A stretch of 64,000 bases of DNA. Source: Bacteroidales bacterium (lineage in GTDB: Bacteria; Bacteroidota; Bacteroidia; Bacteroidales; UBA7960). The DNA lies in assembly GCA_031323845.1 (NCBI GenBank), contig JAVIYP010000001.1, positions 26,748 to 90,747 of the forward strand, given 5' to 3'. The notes under the pieces were generated by a model, which was not told where the DNA came from, did not search any database, and saw nothing but the letters and a program-made list of their open reading frames with translations. This document shows positions 19,505 to 28,513 of the stretch, one piece after another. The translations under genes and the position numbers were made by a program. The stretch's first letter is position 1, and each line of letters begins with the position of its first letter.

Positions 19505-20017
19505 TTATGATTCTGTTTCCTTTTCCAGGATCTCTTCGGCGCCGCATTCCATGATCCAGGTTTTTATCTCTTCCGGGTTGAAGTTTTGATCCATAAGCAG
19601 GTAAAACCTGTCATCGCTGGCCCGTGTGTCAATAATAAAGGGTTCTTTTCCGGGGAAGAGGCGGACCCTCCCCAGGAAGGCCATGACGCTGACACCACCC
19701 GTAATCAGTACGGTGAGCAGAAAGAGTATTACCACCATGGGAGGAAAGCTGAACACTGGCTTCCCGCCAAAGCGGAGCGGATAATCGATCACAGAGGTAT
19801 AATACAAAAAACCGAATGCTCCAACGACCGTTCCGATAGCTACCAAAACGGCAAGATAGGGAAGGAGCGACTCGCGGGTGAAGGCCTTGATCAGGTCATG
19901 ATTGGTGGCCGGACCGTAAACGTCTTTAATATTGGCATGCCGCTGCTTCAGCAATTTGATTGCATTCAGCAGTTTGGCTTCATCGTCAAAGACTCCTATG
20001 ATGCTTTTTGTGTTCAT
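19505..20017 (-). CDS. actD: Alternative Complex III subunit ActD (DUF3341-like)
   Basis: 170 aa with a soluble N-domain (IIGVFDDEAKLLNAIKLLK) followed by two TM helices. It has a 4-nt overlap with actC. Confidence 0.75.
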   Translation of the reverse strand: MNTKSIIGVFDDEAKLLNAIKLLKQRHANIKDVYGPATNHDLIKAFTRESLLPYLAVLVAIGTVVGAFGFLYYTSVIDYPLRFGGKPVFSFPPMVVILFLLTVLITGGVSVMAFLGRVRLFPGKEPFIIDTRASDDRFYLLMDQNFNPEEIKTWIMECGAEEILEKETES

Positions 20018-21393
20018 GCCTGGGTTGTTTTGTTGTTGTTTTTTCCGATTTTTGAGATGGGTTTTACCTCGTTGATGGCAATAATGGGTATGAATTTAAC
20101 AAACAGCAACATACCTACGATAAACAGTCCGAAGGTGCCAACATAAATGCCAATGTCAACCAGGGTCGGCTGGTAGCTTACCCAGCTCGATGGCAGAAAG
20201 TCCTGAGCCAGCGACGATATCATTATAATAAACCGTTCGTACCACATGCCGATGTTGATGATCACAGAGACCAGAAACAGCACCAGGAGGTTCCTGCGCG
20301 CCTTTTTGAACCAGAACACCTGGGGTGCAATGGCGTTGCAGAACACCATGATCCAGAAGGCCGTTGAGAAGGTTCCTGTTGCCCGGGCATTAAAGAAGGT
20401 GTAAATCTCGTATTCGACACCTGAATACCAGGCAATAAAAAGCTCTGTGGCATAGGCCAGTCCAATGACCATGCTTCCGTATTTCAATACGTGGGCAATA
20501 TTGTCAAAATGCTTTTCTGTGATGTAATCAGAAATATTATATGCTTTCCTGGCGAGTATCATCAGGGTAAGCACCATGGCGAAGCCTGAGAATATGGCTC
20601 CGACAAAGAAGTAGGGGGGGAGTATTGTGGCGTGCCATCCGGGCAGCACAGAGATGGCAAAGTCAAGGGCGACGATGGTATGTACTGAGATTACCAGCGG
20701 GGCTGCAAGGCCTCCCAGCAATTTCATAAGGGTTTCGTAGCGGTTATAGGTATGCAACGAGCCGTCCCATCCCATACTGAAAATACCATAAATTGTTTTC
20801 CGGAATTTGTTTTTAGTTCGGTCGCGGATGGTGGCCAGGTCGGGTACCATGCCAAGGTACCAGAGCGTGACCGACATGATCAGGTATGTGCTGATGGCAA
20901 GCACGTCCCAGAAAAGCGCAGAGTTATAGTTCACCCAGAGCAGCCTGGTATTGGGGTAGGGCAGTATGAAAAAGGCCAGCCAGGGACGACCCATGTGGAT
21001 CAGCGGGAACAGTCCGGCGCACATAACGGCAAATACCGTCATGGCTTCTGCTGACCGGTTGATCGAACCGGCCCATTGCTGCCTGAACACCAGGAAAAAT
21101 ATGGTGAACGCAGTACCGGCATGACCAATGCCTATCCACCAAACAAAGTTAATAATATCCCAGCCCCAGCCTACGCTGTTGTTCAGTCCCCATGTGCCCA
21201 GCCCCTGGCTGAGCGACATGTAAAAAGCCCAGCCGCCGTAGGCGAGGAAAAGGCAGCCCAATCCAAACCCAACCAGCCACCAGAGCGGAGGTCTGCCTTC
21301 CGTATTGACCAGCAACTCTTCGGTTATCTGGCCGTATTTCTTTTGACCCTTAACAAGCGACAGGTCTATGTTACCAGTCATCATTTGATTCAT
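20014..21393 (-). CDS. actC: Alternative Complex III subunit ActC (NrfD/PsrC-like quinol-interacting membrane subunit)
   Basis: 459-aa polytopic membrane protein that follows actB. It has the NrfD-family appearance. Confidence 0.85.
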   Translation of the reverse strand: MNQMMTGNIDLSLVKGQKKYGQITEELLVNTEGRPPLWWLVGFGLGCLFLAYGGWAFYMSLSQGLGTWGLNNSVGWGWDIINFVWWIGIGHAGTAFTIFFLVFRQQWAGSINRSAEAMTVFAVMCAGLFPLIHMGRPWLAFFILPYPNTRLLWVNYNSALFWDVLAISTYLIMSVTLWYLGMVPDLATIRDRTKNKFRKTIYGIFSMGWDGSLHTYNRYETLMKLLGGLAAPLVISVHTIVALDFAISVLPGWHATILPPYFFVGAIFSGFAMVLTLMILARKAYNISDYITEKHFDNIAHVLKYGSMVIGLAYATELFIAWYSGVEYEIYTFFNARATGTFSTAFWIMVFCNAIAPQVFWFKKARRNLLVLFLVSVIINIGMWYERFIIMISSLAQDFLPSSWVSYQPTLVDIGIYVGTFGLFIVGMLLFVKFIPIIAINEVKPISKIGKNNNKTTQA

Positions 21394-21471
21394 TTTTCAG
21401 CGTCAGTGATTATGTTCTTTTTGTTTCGATAGCGTTTGTGTGCTCTTTCCGTCTTAATGACGTTATATTCA

Positions 21472-24435
21472 TTATCTGTTGCGTATCCTTGTGAGGTAAC
21501 TTACCGATGCCAGAGTGTGCAATTCTTCGAGCAATTGGTAATTACGGGGGTCTTTGATCATGGCTGACACCCGGGATGTTTTGTCGTTAAGGTCGCCAAA
21601 CACCAGCGCATCCGACGGGCAAGCCTGAACACAGGCAGGTTTTATCTCACCATCCTTAAGCCGGCGCCGTTCAATTTTTGCCGTAGTCTTGGCTTCATGA
21701 ATGCGCTGAATGCAGAATGAGCATTTTTCCACCACACCTCTTTCCCTGACCGTCACGTCGGGGTTAAGAACCATACGGCCCAGTTCCGAATTCATATGAT
21801 AGTCGAAAGCCTTGTTCTGTGCATAGGCAAACCAGTTGAAACGCCTTACCTTGTAAGGGCAGTTATTGATGCAGTATTTGGTGCCCACACAGCGGTTGTA
21901 AGCCATCTGGTTGATGCCTTCCTTGCTGTGTGTGGTGGCGGCCACGGGACAAACATTTTCGCAGGGAGCGTGGTCGCAGTGCATGCACATCACGGGCTGA
22001 AACACGATGTCGGGATTTACCGCATCACCGTTGTAGTAACGGTCGATCCTGATCCAGTGCATGATGCGGCGCCTCCTTACTTCATCCTTCCCGACCACGG
22101 GTACGTTGTTCTCACTTTGACAGGCGATGACACAGGTGGAACAACCACTGCAGGCATTGAGATCAATAAGCAGCGCCCAATGATGACCTTCATAGGTATC
22201 TTCAGGGTAGAGTGTTACTTTATGTTTGTCGTGATATGCGCGCAGTTCATTGCCTGCCGAAGGGTCAAGGCGGTATTTTTGAAGCGTTGATTCCCTGACG
22301 ATAGCCCTGCCTTCCATAGAGAAGTGGGTCTGGGTCCGGGCAAACTGATGTCCTGAGCCTGTTTTTTCCCAGGCCGGTAACAGTCCGGCAAACAGCCGGT
22401 TTTCTCCATCCCAGCGGCTCAGCAGAAAAGCATTGCCGCCAAGGTGTTCTGCTGCCTTTCCCGCTTTGGTGCGTCCGTAGCCCAGTGGAATTGCCAGGCA
22501 ATCATCGGCCATTCCAGGCTGTATCAGCACAGGCAGTTCAAGTTTGTCGTTAATCCGGATGATGTCACCCTCCCTTAACCGGTTTTCCTCTGCAAAAGCT
22601 TGTGAAACTGCAGCAAAATTGTCCCAGGCAACCGACGATACGGGGTCGGGTAATTCCTGCAGCCAGGGGTTGTTGGCTCCTGTGCCATCAAAGAGGGCAA
22701 GATGGGGATAGACAACGAACTCAGTGCCGGAAGCGCTGATTGCAGCTGTCTTTAACCGGGCAAAGGCTTCCATCAGACCCTTGGTATAGAACGTCATCCG
22801 GGCAGGCTCAGTTCCGGCCTGTTCAAACACCCCGGTCTGCAGCGAATGCTTCCAGAATGCTTCAGCATCGCGGTACTCAGTTTGCGTGCCGAACAGATGA
22901 TTCGTCCAGTATTGTTTTAGGTATTGATGGAAATTCTGCCGGATATTCATCCATCGAAGGAGCGTATCCTGCATCTGTGAGGTGTTGAACAGTGGATTGA
23001 TGGCAGGTTGCACCAGGTTGAAATAACCTTTTTTAAAGCAGGCGTCGTTCCACGATTCCAGGTAGTGATGGTCGGGTAATACATAAAGGCACTGCTCCGC
23101 AGTTTCTTCCCTGGTGGAGGCAAACGAAACGCTCAGCGGTGTTTTTTCAAGTCCTTCGGCGATGGCTTCCGGTTGATGATAATGATACAATGGGTTGGTC
23201 TGATGGAACATCACCGCTGAAAACCGGCCTTGCCGCAGTTCGCTGACAAATGTTTCAAAGCTCCGGTCGTCTCCATGTCCGGCATGCAAGGGAGCATCCA
23301 TGTCAAGCGTGCTGCCATAGTTGCCTGCCATACTGTTGATGACGTTCACCAGGAGCTGAATGTCAATGTTGTTGTGCCCGCTAACCACCAGGGAGCGGCC
23401 TTTGAGCTCAAGAAGGTCATGCGCCAGCTGTTCCACATCATAAGTGACCTCAGGAGCCCCCAGGGTTTGGTTGCCGGTTTTCCGGGCAACGGCGTCATAA
23501 AGGGCCAGCAACAAGCGCACTTCGTCTGAGGGTTTCAGCACCATGCGCTCGTCGGCATTCGCACCGGTAAGAGAAAACCGGCTTTCAAACTGTATGTGCC
23601 TCGACATTGTCGGATTTTCATCAGAAAGCTTACGTGTGCCGGCATAACGTTTGGCAAAAATTGCCGGTGCCACCCAGCTGCCAAGGAAATCGGCACTGAA
23701 ACTGACGATGAGCTCTGCCTTGTCAAAACGGTAGTCCGGAAATGCATCACTGCGGAAGCTTATCCTATGGGCTTCCCTGATGGCACTGCAGGATACAGCA
23801 TCCCAGAAAATGATCTCCATCCCGGGATAACCTGAGGCAAAATCCTGAAGCAGCCGGCGTGTTGATGGACTGATCAAGGTAGGACAGACCAGGGCCATCC
23901 TTTTTCCTTCTCTTGAAAAGGCCCTCAGTTGCCTGGTGATGTCTGCGTCGGCTTCCTCCCATGAAACTGGCTTCGAGTTTTTAATAGGATGATGGTATCT
24001 TGCCCCGTTATCGTATAAACTGAGAATGGAAGCCTGAACCCTCGCCGTGGTTCCACCCTGGCTAATGGAAGAACGCGTGTTACCCTCAATTTTAATGGGT
24101 CTTCCATCACGGTTTTTTACCAGAACAGGACAATACTCGTTACCAAGCTGGTAGGTGCTTGCATACCAGATCGCTTTGCCGGGGATGAGTTCTTCGGGCT
24201 GGTTGAGATAGGGAATCGCTTTCTTAACCGGATTTTCACAAGCCGACAACACAGTAGCGGAAACGAAACTGATGCCGCACCATTTTAAAAAGTCGCGACG
24301 GCTCGATGACTTGTGGTTATGTTCATCAGCAAGGATGTCCATGGGAGTGGAAGACTCAAGCGGGATCTCCGGTACGTTATGGGCACCTGATTTGCTCCCG
24401 TTTAATTCCTCAATGCTTTTCCAGTATTTGTTCAT
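21472..24435 (-). CDS. actB: Alternative Complex III subunit ActB (molybdopterin-oxidoreductase-like domain fused to 4Fe-4S ferredoxin domain)
   Basis: 987 aa. A twin-arginine signal SRRDFLKWCG is followed by a lipobox-like LSAC. The C-terminal region carries Cys clusters CSGCSTCVIAC, CMHCDHAPCENVCP, CVGTKYCINNCP and CSFC...CVQACP. Confidence 0.9.
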   Translation of the reverse strand: MNKYWKSIEELNGSKSGAHNVPEIPLESSTPMDILADEHNHKSSSRRDFLKWCGISFVSATVLSACENPVKKAIPYLNQPEELIPGKAIWYASTYQLGNEYCPVLVKNRDGRPIKIEGNTRSSISQGGTTARVQASILSLYDNGARYHHPIKNSKPVSWEEADADITRQLRAFSREGKRMALVCPTLISPSTRRLLQDFASGYPGMEIIFWDAVSCSAIREAHRISFRSDAFPDYRFDKAELIVSFSADFLGSWVAPAIFAKRYAGTRKLSDENPTMSRHIQFESRFSLTGANADERMVLKPSDEVRLLLALYDAVARKTGNQTLGAPEVTYDVEQLAHDLLELKGRSLVVSGHNNIDIQLLVNVINSMAGNYGSTLDMDAPLHAGHGDDRSFETFVSELRQGRFSAVMFHQTNPLYHYHQPEAIAEGLEKTPLSVSFASTREETAEQCLYVLPDHHYLESWNDACFKKGYFNLVQPAINPLFNTSQMQDTLLRWMNIRQNFHQYLKQYWTNHLFGTQTEYRDAEAFWKHSLQTGVFEQAGTEPARMTFYTKGLMEAFARLKTAAISASGTEFVVYPHLALFDGTGANNPWLQELPDPVSSVAWDNFAAVSQAFAEENRLREGDIIRINDKLELPVLIQPGMADDCLAIPLGYGRTKAGKAAEHLGGNAFLLSRWDGENRLFAGLLPAWEKTGSGHQFARTQTHFSMEGRAIVRESTLQKYRLDPSAGNELRAYHDKHKVTLYPEDTYEGHHWALLIDLNACSGCSTCVIACQSENNVPVVGKDEVRRRRIMHWIRIDRYYNGDAVNPDIVFQPVMCMHCDHAPCENVCPVAATTHSKEGINQMAYNRCVGTKYCINNCPYKVRRFNWFAYAQNKAFDYHMNSELGRMVLNPDVTVRERGVVEKCSFCIQRIHEAKTTAKIERRRLKDGEIKPACVQACPSDALVFGDLNDKTSRVSAMIKDPRNYQLLEELHTLASVSYLTRIRNR

Positions 24436-24594
24436 GTGTCCTTAATTGCGTTTTTGTATGTTCCGGATGTTTTGTTTTGGCTTTGTTTGCATGGCGTATG
24501 ATGAATGTCAGATGGTGCGCGACAGGTCATGGATGTATGAAGTCATTGGTTTCAGGTATTTTTTATCAGAGAAAAACTGACGGTTAATCTTGAA

Positions 24595-25764
24595 TCAATA
24601 GTGACAACTCATGCAATCTTCACCTCCCAGCCGGGCAGCGGTAAAAGCATCAATCTCTCCGCTTAATATTAAATCGTAAAGCCTTTCATACTGTTTGTAG
24701 TAGGGGTTGCTGGTGAAATCAACGGTGCTGCTTCTGTGGCACCTCAGGCACCAGCCCATGGACAGGTCTTCTTCCTGTCTCAGAATGTGCATGGTCTCCA
24801 CAGGTCCATGACATTCCTGGCAGTCCACACCTCCTGCGTTCACGTGCAGGGCGTGAGAGAAGAAACTGTGATCGGGCAATTTGTGGACTCTGATCCATTC
24901 AACGGCTGTCCCGCTTGCTTCAGCACGATGTATCTTGTTGATTTCAAAACGCCCCGAAAAACTCCCTTCACGGATCACATTATGACAGTTCAAGCAGGTA
25001 TTGTTTGAAGGAATACCTGCACTGGGACTGAATTTACTGATGGAATGGCAATACTGGCAATCTATGTCGTGATCACCGGCATGCACCAGGTGCGAGAATT
25101 TAATGGGTTGATCCGGGGCATATCCCTGTGTCCGTCCAAGGTTGCGGCTTTCGGCAACCGCATATTGCATATGCACTACCAACCCAACGATCAGGATCAT
25201 AACATGGAACACCTTAATTTTTATCTTTTTTGTAAGAAAAAGATCCACAAGAGCTAAAGCCATCAGTAGTCCCAATCCCCAGAAAATCATTGCACGAACC
25301 GGCACTGCCTTCAATGCCCCCGGCCCGCGGCGCAGAACCTCCATAAAATATGCCTCAATATAATGTTCTTCCTGGTTTGTCAGTGACATACCGGCATGAT
25401 CGGCCATCATCTTCCGACCAATGGGCATATCCAGCTGCTCCTTTATGCTGTAGGCCTCCTGTTCTTTCCACAAAACAGCGAGGTCATGCGCAGAGGGATT
25501 CCAGTTCAGGGTATCGGTGCGATGAGGGTAATGGCATGAAGCACAATCATGAGAGCCGCTTTCAAAGGGAATCAGCCCTTTGAACAATCGTTGTCCCTTT
25601 CGGAGATCGTCGCGTGAATAAGTTTGTTCGACAGCATCGGTGGCTTCAGAAGAATAGTTGAATGAGGAGAGGGTCAACGTGCCAATGATCAGAAAAATTG
25701 AAAACACTGAGGCGTAGAAAATGAGTTGACCACGTTTTTTGCCTGATGATAATTTTTTCTTCAT
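24595..25764 (-). CDS. actA: Alternative Complex III subunit ActA (multihaem cytochrome c) with an extra N-terminal haem-motif domain
   Basis: 389 aa. Six CxxCH motifs are present: CASCH, CQYCH, CLNCH, CQECH, CLRCH, CMSCH. It also has hydrophobic helices and is the first gene of the act cluster. Confidence 0.85.
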   Translation of the reverse strand: MKKKLSSGKKRGQLIFYASVFSIFLIIGTLTLSSFNYSSEATDAVEQTYSRDDLRKGQRLFKGLIPFESGSHDCASCHYPHRTDTLNWNPSAHDLAVLWKEQEAYSIKEQLDMPIGRKMMADHAGMSLTNQEEHYIEAYFMEVLRRGPGALKAVPVRAMIFWGLGLLMALALVDLFLTKKIKIKVFHVMILIVGLVVHMQYAVAESRNLGRTQGYAPDQPIKFSHLVHAGDHDIDCQYCHSISKFSPSAGIPSNNTCLNCHNVIREGSFSGRFEINKIHRAEASGTAVEWIRVHKLPDHSFFSHALHVNAGGVDCQECHGPVETMHILRQEEDLSMGWCLRCHRSSTVDFTSNPYYKQYERLYDLILSGEIDAFTAARLGGEDCMSCHY

Positions 25765-26263
25765 CTGTAATCAGGTTGAATGGGTGCGTGGGTTATGTAT
25801 CCATAAGTATGTTTATATACACAGGATTACATATGTGTCTATTTTTTAGAGCGTTATTGGCAAACCGCCAGCCCTTTATAAAGGTGTTAATCGCTGACTA
25901 TCCACCACTTCGGGGATAAAAATAATAATAAAAACTGTTTACTCAAACAAACAGCGCTAATATATAATCGTTAAAAATAAGAGGGTGTTGCCAGCTTTTC
26001 CGGGTCATTGTTTTCTCTGTGGAGAGCATGGAGCCCCCGGGGTTGATGGCTCCAAATTTTTGCTCTTTGATCACATATCCTGTAGATGAGGACACATTAT
26101 ACGGCTTATACGGCAGGAGACCCATGCACGCTTGTTTATGCCGGCAGGAGCGGTAGTATGATGAAGACCATTTCCACCATGGGTTCAATGACTTCAGCAG
26201 ACTTGGGGATCATAGAAAGAAAAATATCTACAGTGCAGGAATCAGTGTTGTCTTGCCCGTTGG

Positions 26264-26731
26264 TCAGGCTTTAGTTTTGATGGTAATCAAGCCCTGGTGA
26301 TAAGCACCCACAACCATGGCTCCGGTAATAATTACAATGTTCTTAATAATATACTGACCTACAAGTGTCGGGACAAGTGGCGGTGGTACAAAGGTTTCTG
26401 CAGGATATAGGAATAGGGGCATTATGGTTCCGATCATCTGCAGCAGCAGTAAAGGAATGGCTAACCGCATCCAGTATCCGGTAATAAAGGTCATTCCGAT
26501 AAGCACCTCCCATGCACCCAGCAGGATCATGGATGCAGATTTTTGCAGCAGTCCGAAAGACAGGGTTTCAATGGTGCGGCTGGCTAACTCTTCGGCAGAA
26601 CTTAAGCCGGGGAAAAATTTTTGTACACCGAACCAGAAAAATACGATTCCAATGCTTATGCGCAGCAGTGCTATGCCGTTTTTTGACATCCAACGGTAAG
26701 CTGTTTGTTCAACTTTTGTAAGTTTTTTCAT
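26264..26731 (-). CDS. DoxX-like (DoxX/DUF417 superfamily) small membrane protein
   Basis: 155 aa with four TM helices. The N-terminal pattern ALLRISIGIVFFWFGVQKF resembles DoxX/YkgB-type proteins. Confidence 0.55.
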   Translation of the reverse strand: MKKLTKVEQTAYRWMSKNGIALLRISIGIVFFWFGVQKFFPGLSSAEELASRTIETLSFGLLQKSASMILLGAWEVLIGMTFITGYWMRLAIPLLLLQMIGTIMPLFLYPAETFVPPPLVPTLVGQYIIKNIVIITGAMVVGAYHQGLITIKTKA

Positions 26732-26942
26732 GGTTTTATGTTATATCGTTATAGCTTGGTAATAAGCTTTTTATTAAAATATGCTTTAGTCGTCCTTTTT
26801 TATCACCACTTCAGCATCGATGTACACCTGCCTGATCTCCTATCACTGGTTCAACGGCTTTCGGATAAGAGCTAGTGAGCGCGAAGGAATTGGTGCTTGA
26901 AGTCTGATTCCTGAGCAGCGCTTTTACAATAATAACAAAAAA

Positions 26943-28511
26943 TTATACAGAAGGTTTGTCTTCTGGTGGTGTATGTTCATCGAGGGCCACGATGCGGTAA
27001 AGATCTGTCCGGCGGTCGTTCCAGTTGGTCACGGTGCCCCGGTTGCGATGGCGCTTCAGGAGCTCCAGGTCAATGTCGTTGATGATGACCGTTTCAACAT
27101 TTGGGGTGCATTCACCGGCAATGGCATCGCGGGCAAACGAAAAGTCGGAAGGAGTAAATATGCCGGATTGCGCATACTGTATGTCCATGTTGTCGACCTG
27201 GGGCAGGTTGCCAACGGTGCCCGCTACAGCCACAAAAATCTGGTTCTCAACGCACCTGGCCTGGGCACAGTACCTTACCCTCAGGTAGCCCTGGCGGTCG
27301 TCGGTACAAAAAGGCACAAAAATGAGCCGGGTGCCTCTCTCAACGGCTATCCTGGCCAGCTCCGGAAACTCTATGTCATAACAGATCATGATGGAGACTT
27401 TGCCCTTGTCGGTGTCAAAAACTTCGAGTTTGTTTCCGGGCTTAACCCCCCACCATTTCTTCTCGTTGGGCGTGATGTGCAACTTGTATTGCTTACCGAT
27501 CTCACCATTACGCTGAAACAGGTAGGCAATGTTGTACAGGCTGTCACCTTCAGGAGTAAAATGGGAGCCAGCAACTATGTTGATGTTGTATTTGATGGCG
27601 AGTTCGCTGAAAAGCTCCAGGTATTGTTCTGTGAACTCGCCGATTTTGCGGGCAGCAGTCCCCGGTTCTTCTTTTGGAAACAAGGAAAGCAACTGCAAGG
27701 TGAATATCTCGGGAAACAGCACAAAATCACTTTTATAACCAGAGGCAACATCCACGAAATACTCGCACTGTATGGCAAACTCATCGAAGCTTTTTATGGG
27801 CCGCATCTGGTATTGGACAACACAAATCCTGACAGGGGAGGCAGCAAGAAACTGTTTTTCTTTCTCTTCCTGGAAGTCGAAATTGGTCCATTCGAGATAC
27901 GTAGCATAACCTGCAGACTCGCTGTCGTCATCAATGTATTCACGAATGATTTTTTTCAGGGAAAAACCATTGGACAGCTGAGGTGTGAGGACGGAGTCAA
28001 AGATAGCTCTGCTGGTTACCCTGTCAACATACTCACTGATGTCCATATCATCTTTGTGGTTTTTGTAACCCGGCAATCTGCCGCCGATTACAATCCGCCG
28101 GAGGTTGTGTTTTCTGCAGAGCCCCTTCCGGGCTTCGTATAACCTGGTGGCAAGCTTCATGCCCCGGAACTCGGGATGCACCATGATCTCCATCCCGTAA
28201 AGGGTGTCGCCGTGTTGATTGTGCGTGCCAATATTGCCGTTGTCGCATATTTCATCCCAGGTCATGTTCATGTCAAAGTCCTCAGAGTCGATGATGAGAC
28301 TCCCTGAGGAAGCTACCAGGCGCCCGTCAATCTCAATGACGATTTGTCCCTCCGGAAAATGTTTAAGCTGATTGCTGATGTTTTCGTGTGACCATACCTC
28401 CATCCCGGGGAAGCAGATCTTCTGCATGGCAATGAGCTGTTCGTAGTCTTCCAGGCGCATTGGGCGCATGTTCAACTGGTATTCAAATTCCTGAAGATTT
28501 AACTTGCCCAT
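26943..28511 (-). CDS. Bifunctional GNAT N-acetyltransferase / carbon-nitrogen hydrolase (nitrilase superfamily) fusion protein
   Basis: 522 aa. The N-terminal GNAT motif A-like segment is VHPEFRGMKLATRLYE. The C-terminal CN-hydrolase carries Glu (VLFPEIFT), Lys (QYKLHITPNEKK) and Cys (IMICYDIEFPE) triad contexts. Confidence 0.8.
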   Translation of the reverse strand: MGKLNLQEFEYQLNMRPMRLEDYEQLIAMQKICFPGMEVWSHENISNQLKHFPEGQIVIEIDGRLVASSGSLIIDSEDFDMNMTWDEICDNGNIGTHNQHGDTLYGMEIMVHPEFRGMKLATRLYEARKGLCRKHNLRRIVIGGRLPGYKNHKDDMDISEYVDRVTSRAIFDSVLTPQLSNGFSLKKIIREYIDDDSESAGYATYLEWTNFDFQEEKEKQFLAASPVRICVVQYQMRPIKSFDEFAIQCEYFVDVASGYKSDFVLFPEIFTLQLLSLFPKEEPGTAARKIGEFTEQYLELFSELAIKYNINIVAGSHFTPEGDSLYNIAYLFQRNGEIGKQYKLHITPNEKKWWGVKPGNKLEVFDTDKGKVSIMICYDIEFPELARIAVERGTRLIFVPFCTDDRQGYLRVRYCAQARCVENQIFVAVAGTVGNLPQVDNMDIQYAQSGIFTPSDFSFARDAIAGECTPNVETVIINDIDLELLKRHRNRGTVTNWNDRRTDLYRIVALDEHTPPEDKPSV

Positions 28512-28513
28512 TT

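Noticed and set aside
24533-24547. Shared 9-mer GATGTATGA between the actA-actB spacer and the 10227-10240 region; also single GATGTGCA octamers such as near 54705
   Set aside because: A 9-mer (or a single 8-mer) is expected by chance about once in a 64-kb window read on both strands. This is not evidence of a further repeat copy.
25943-26188. 81-aa minus-strand ORF (and the 62-aa plus-strand ORF 26086-26274) in the gap upstream of actA
   Set aside because: Composition is odd (W/S/Y/C-rich), there is no motif and no promoter or start context. I treat the region as non-coding and report it as a gap finding instead.
26973-28142. 389-aa plus-strand ORF, the longest unexplained ORF in the track
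   Set aside because: It lies entirely antisense to the GNAT-nitrilase gene, whose catalytic motifs are intact. Its translation is low-complexity (V/G/F/L-rich), has no recognisable motif and shows typical shadow-frame composition.
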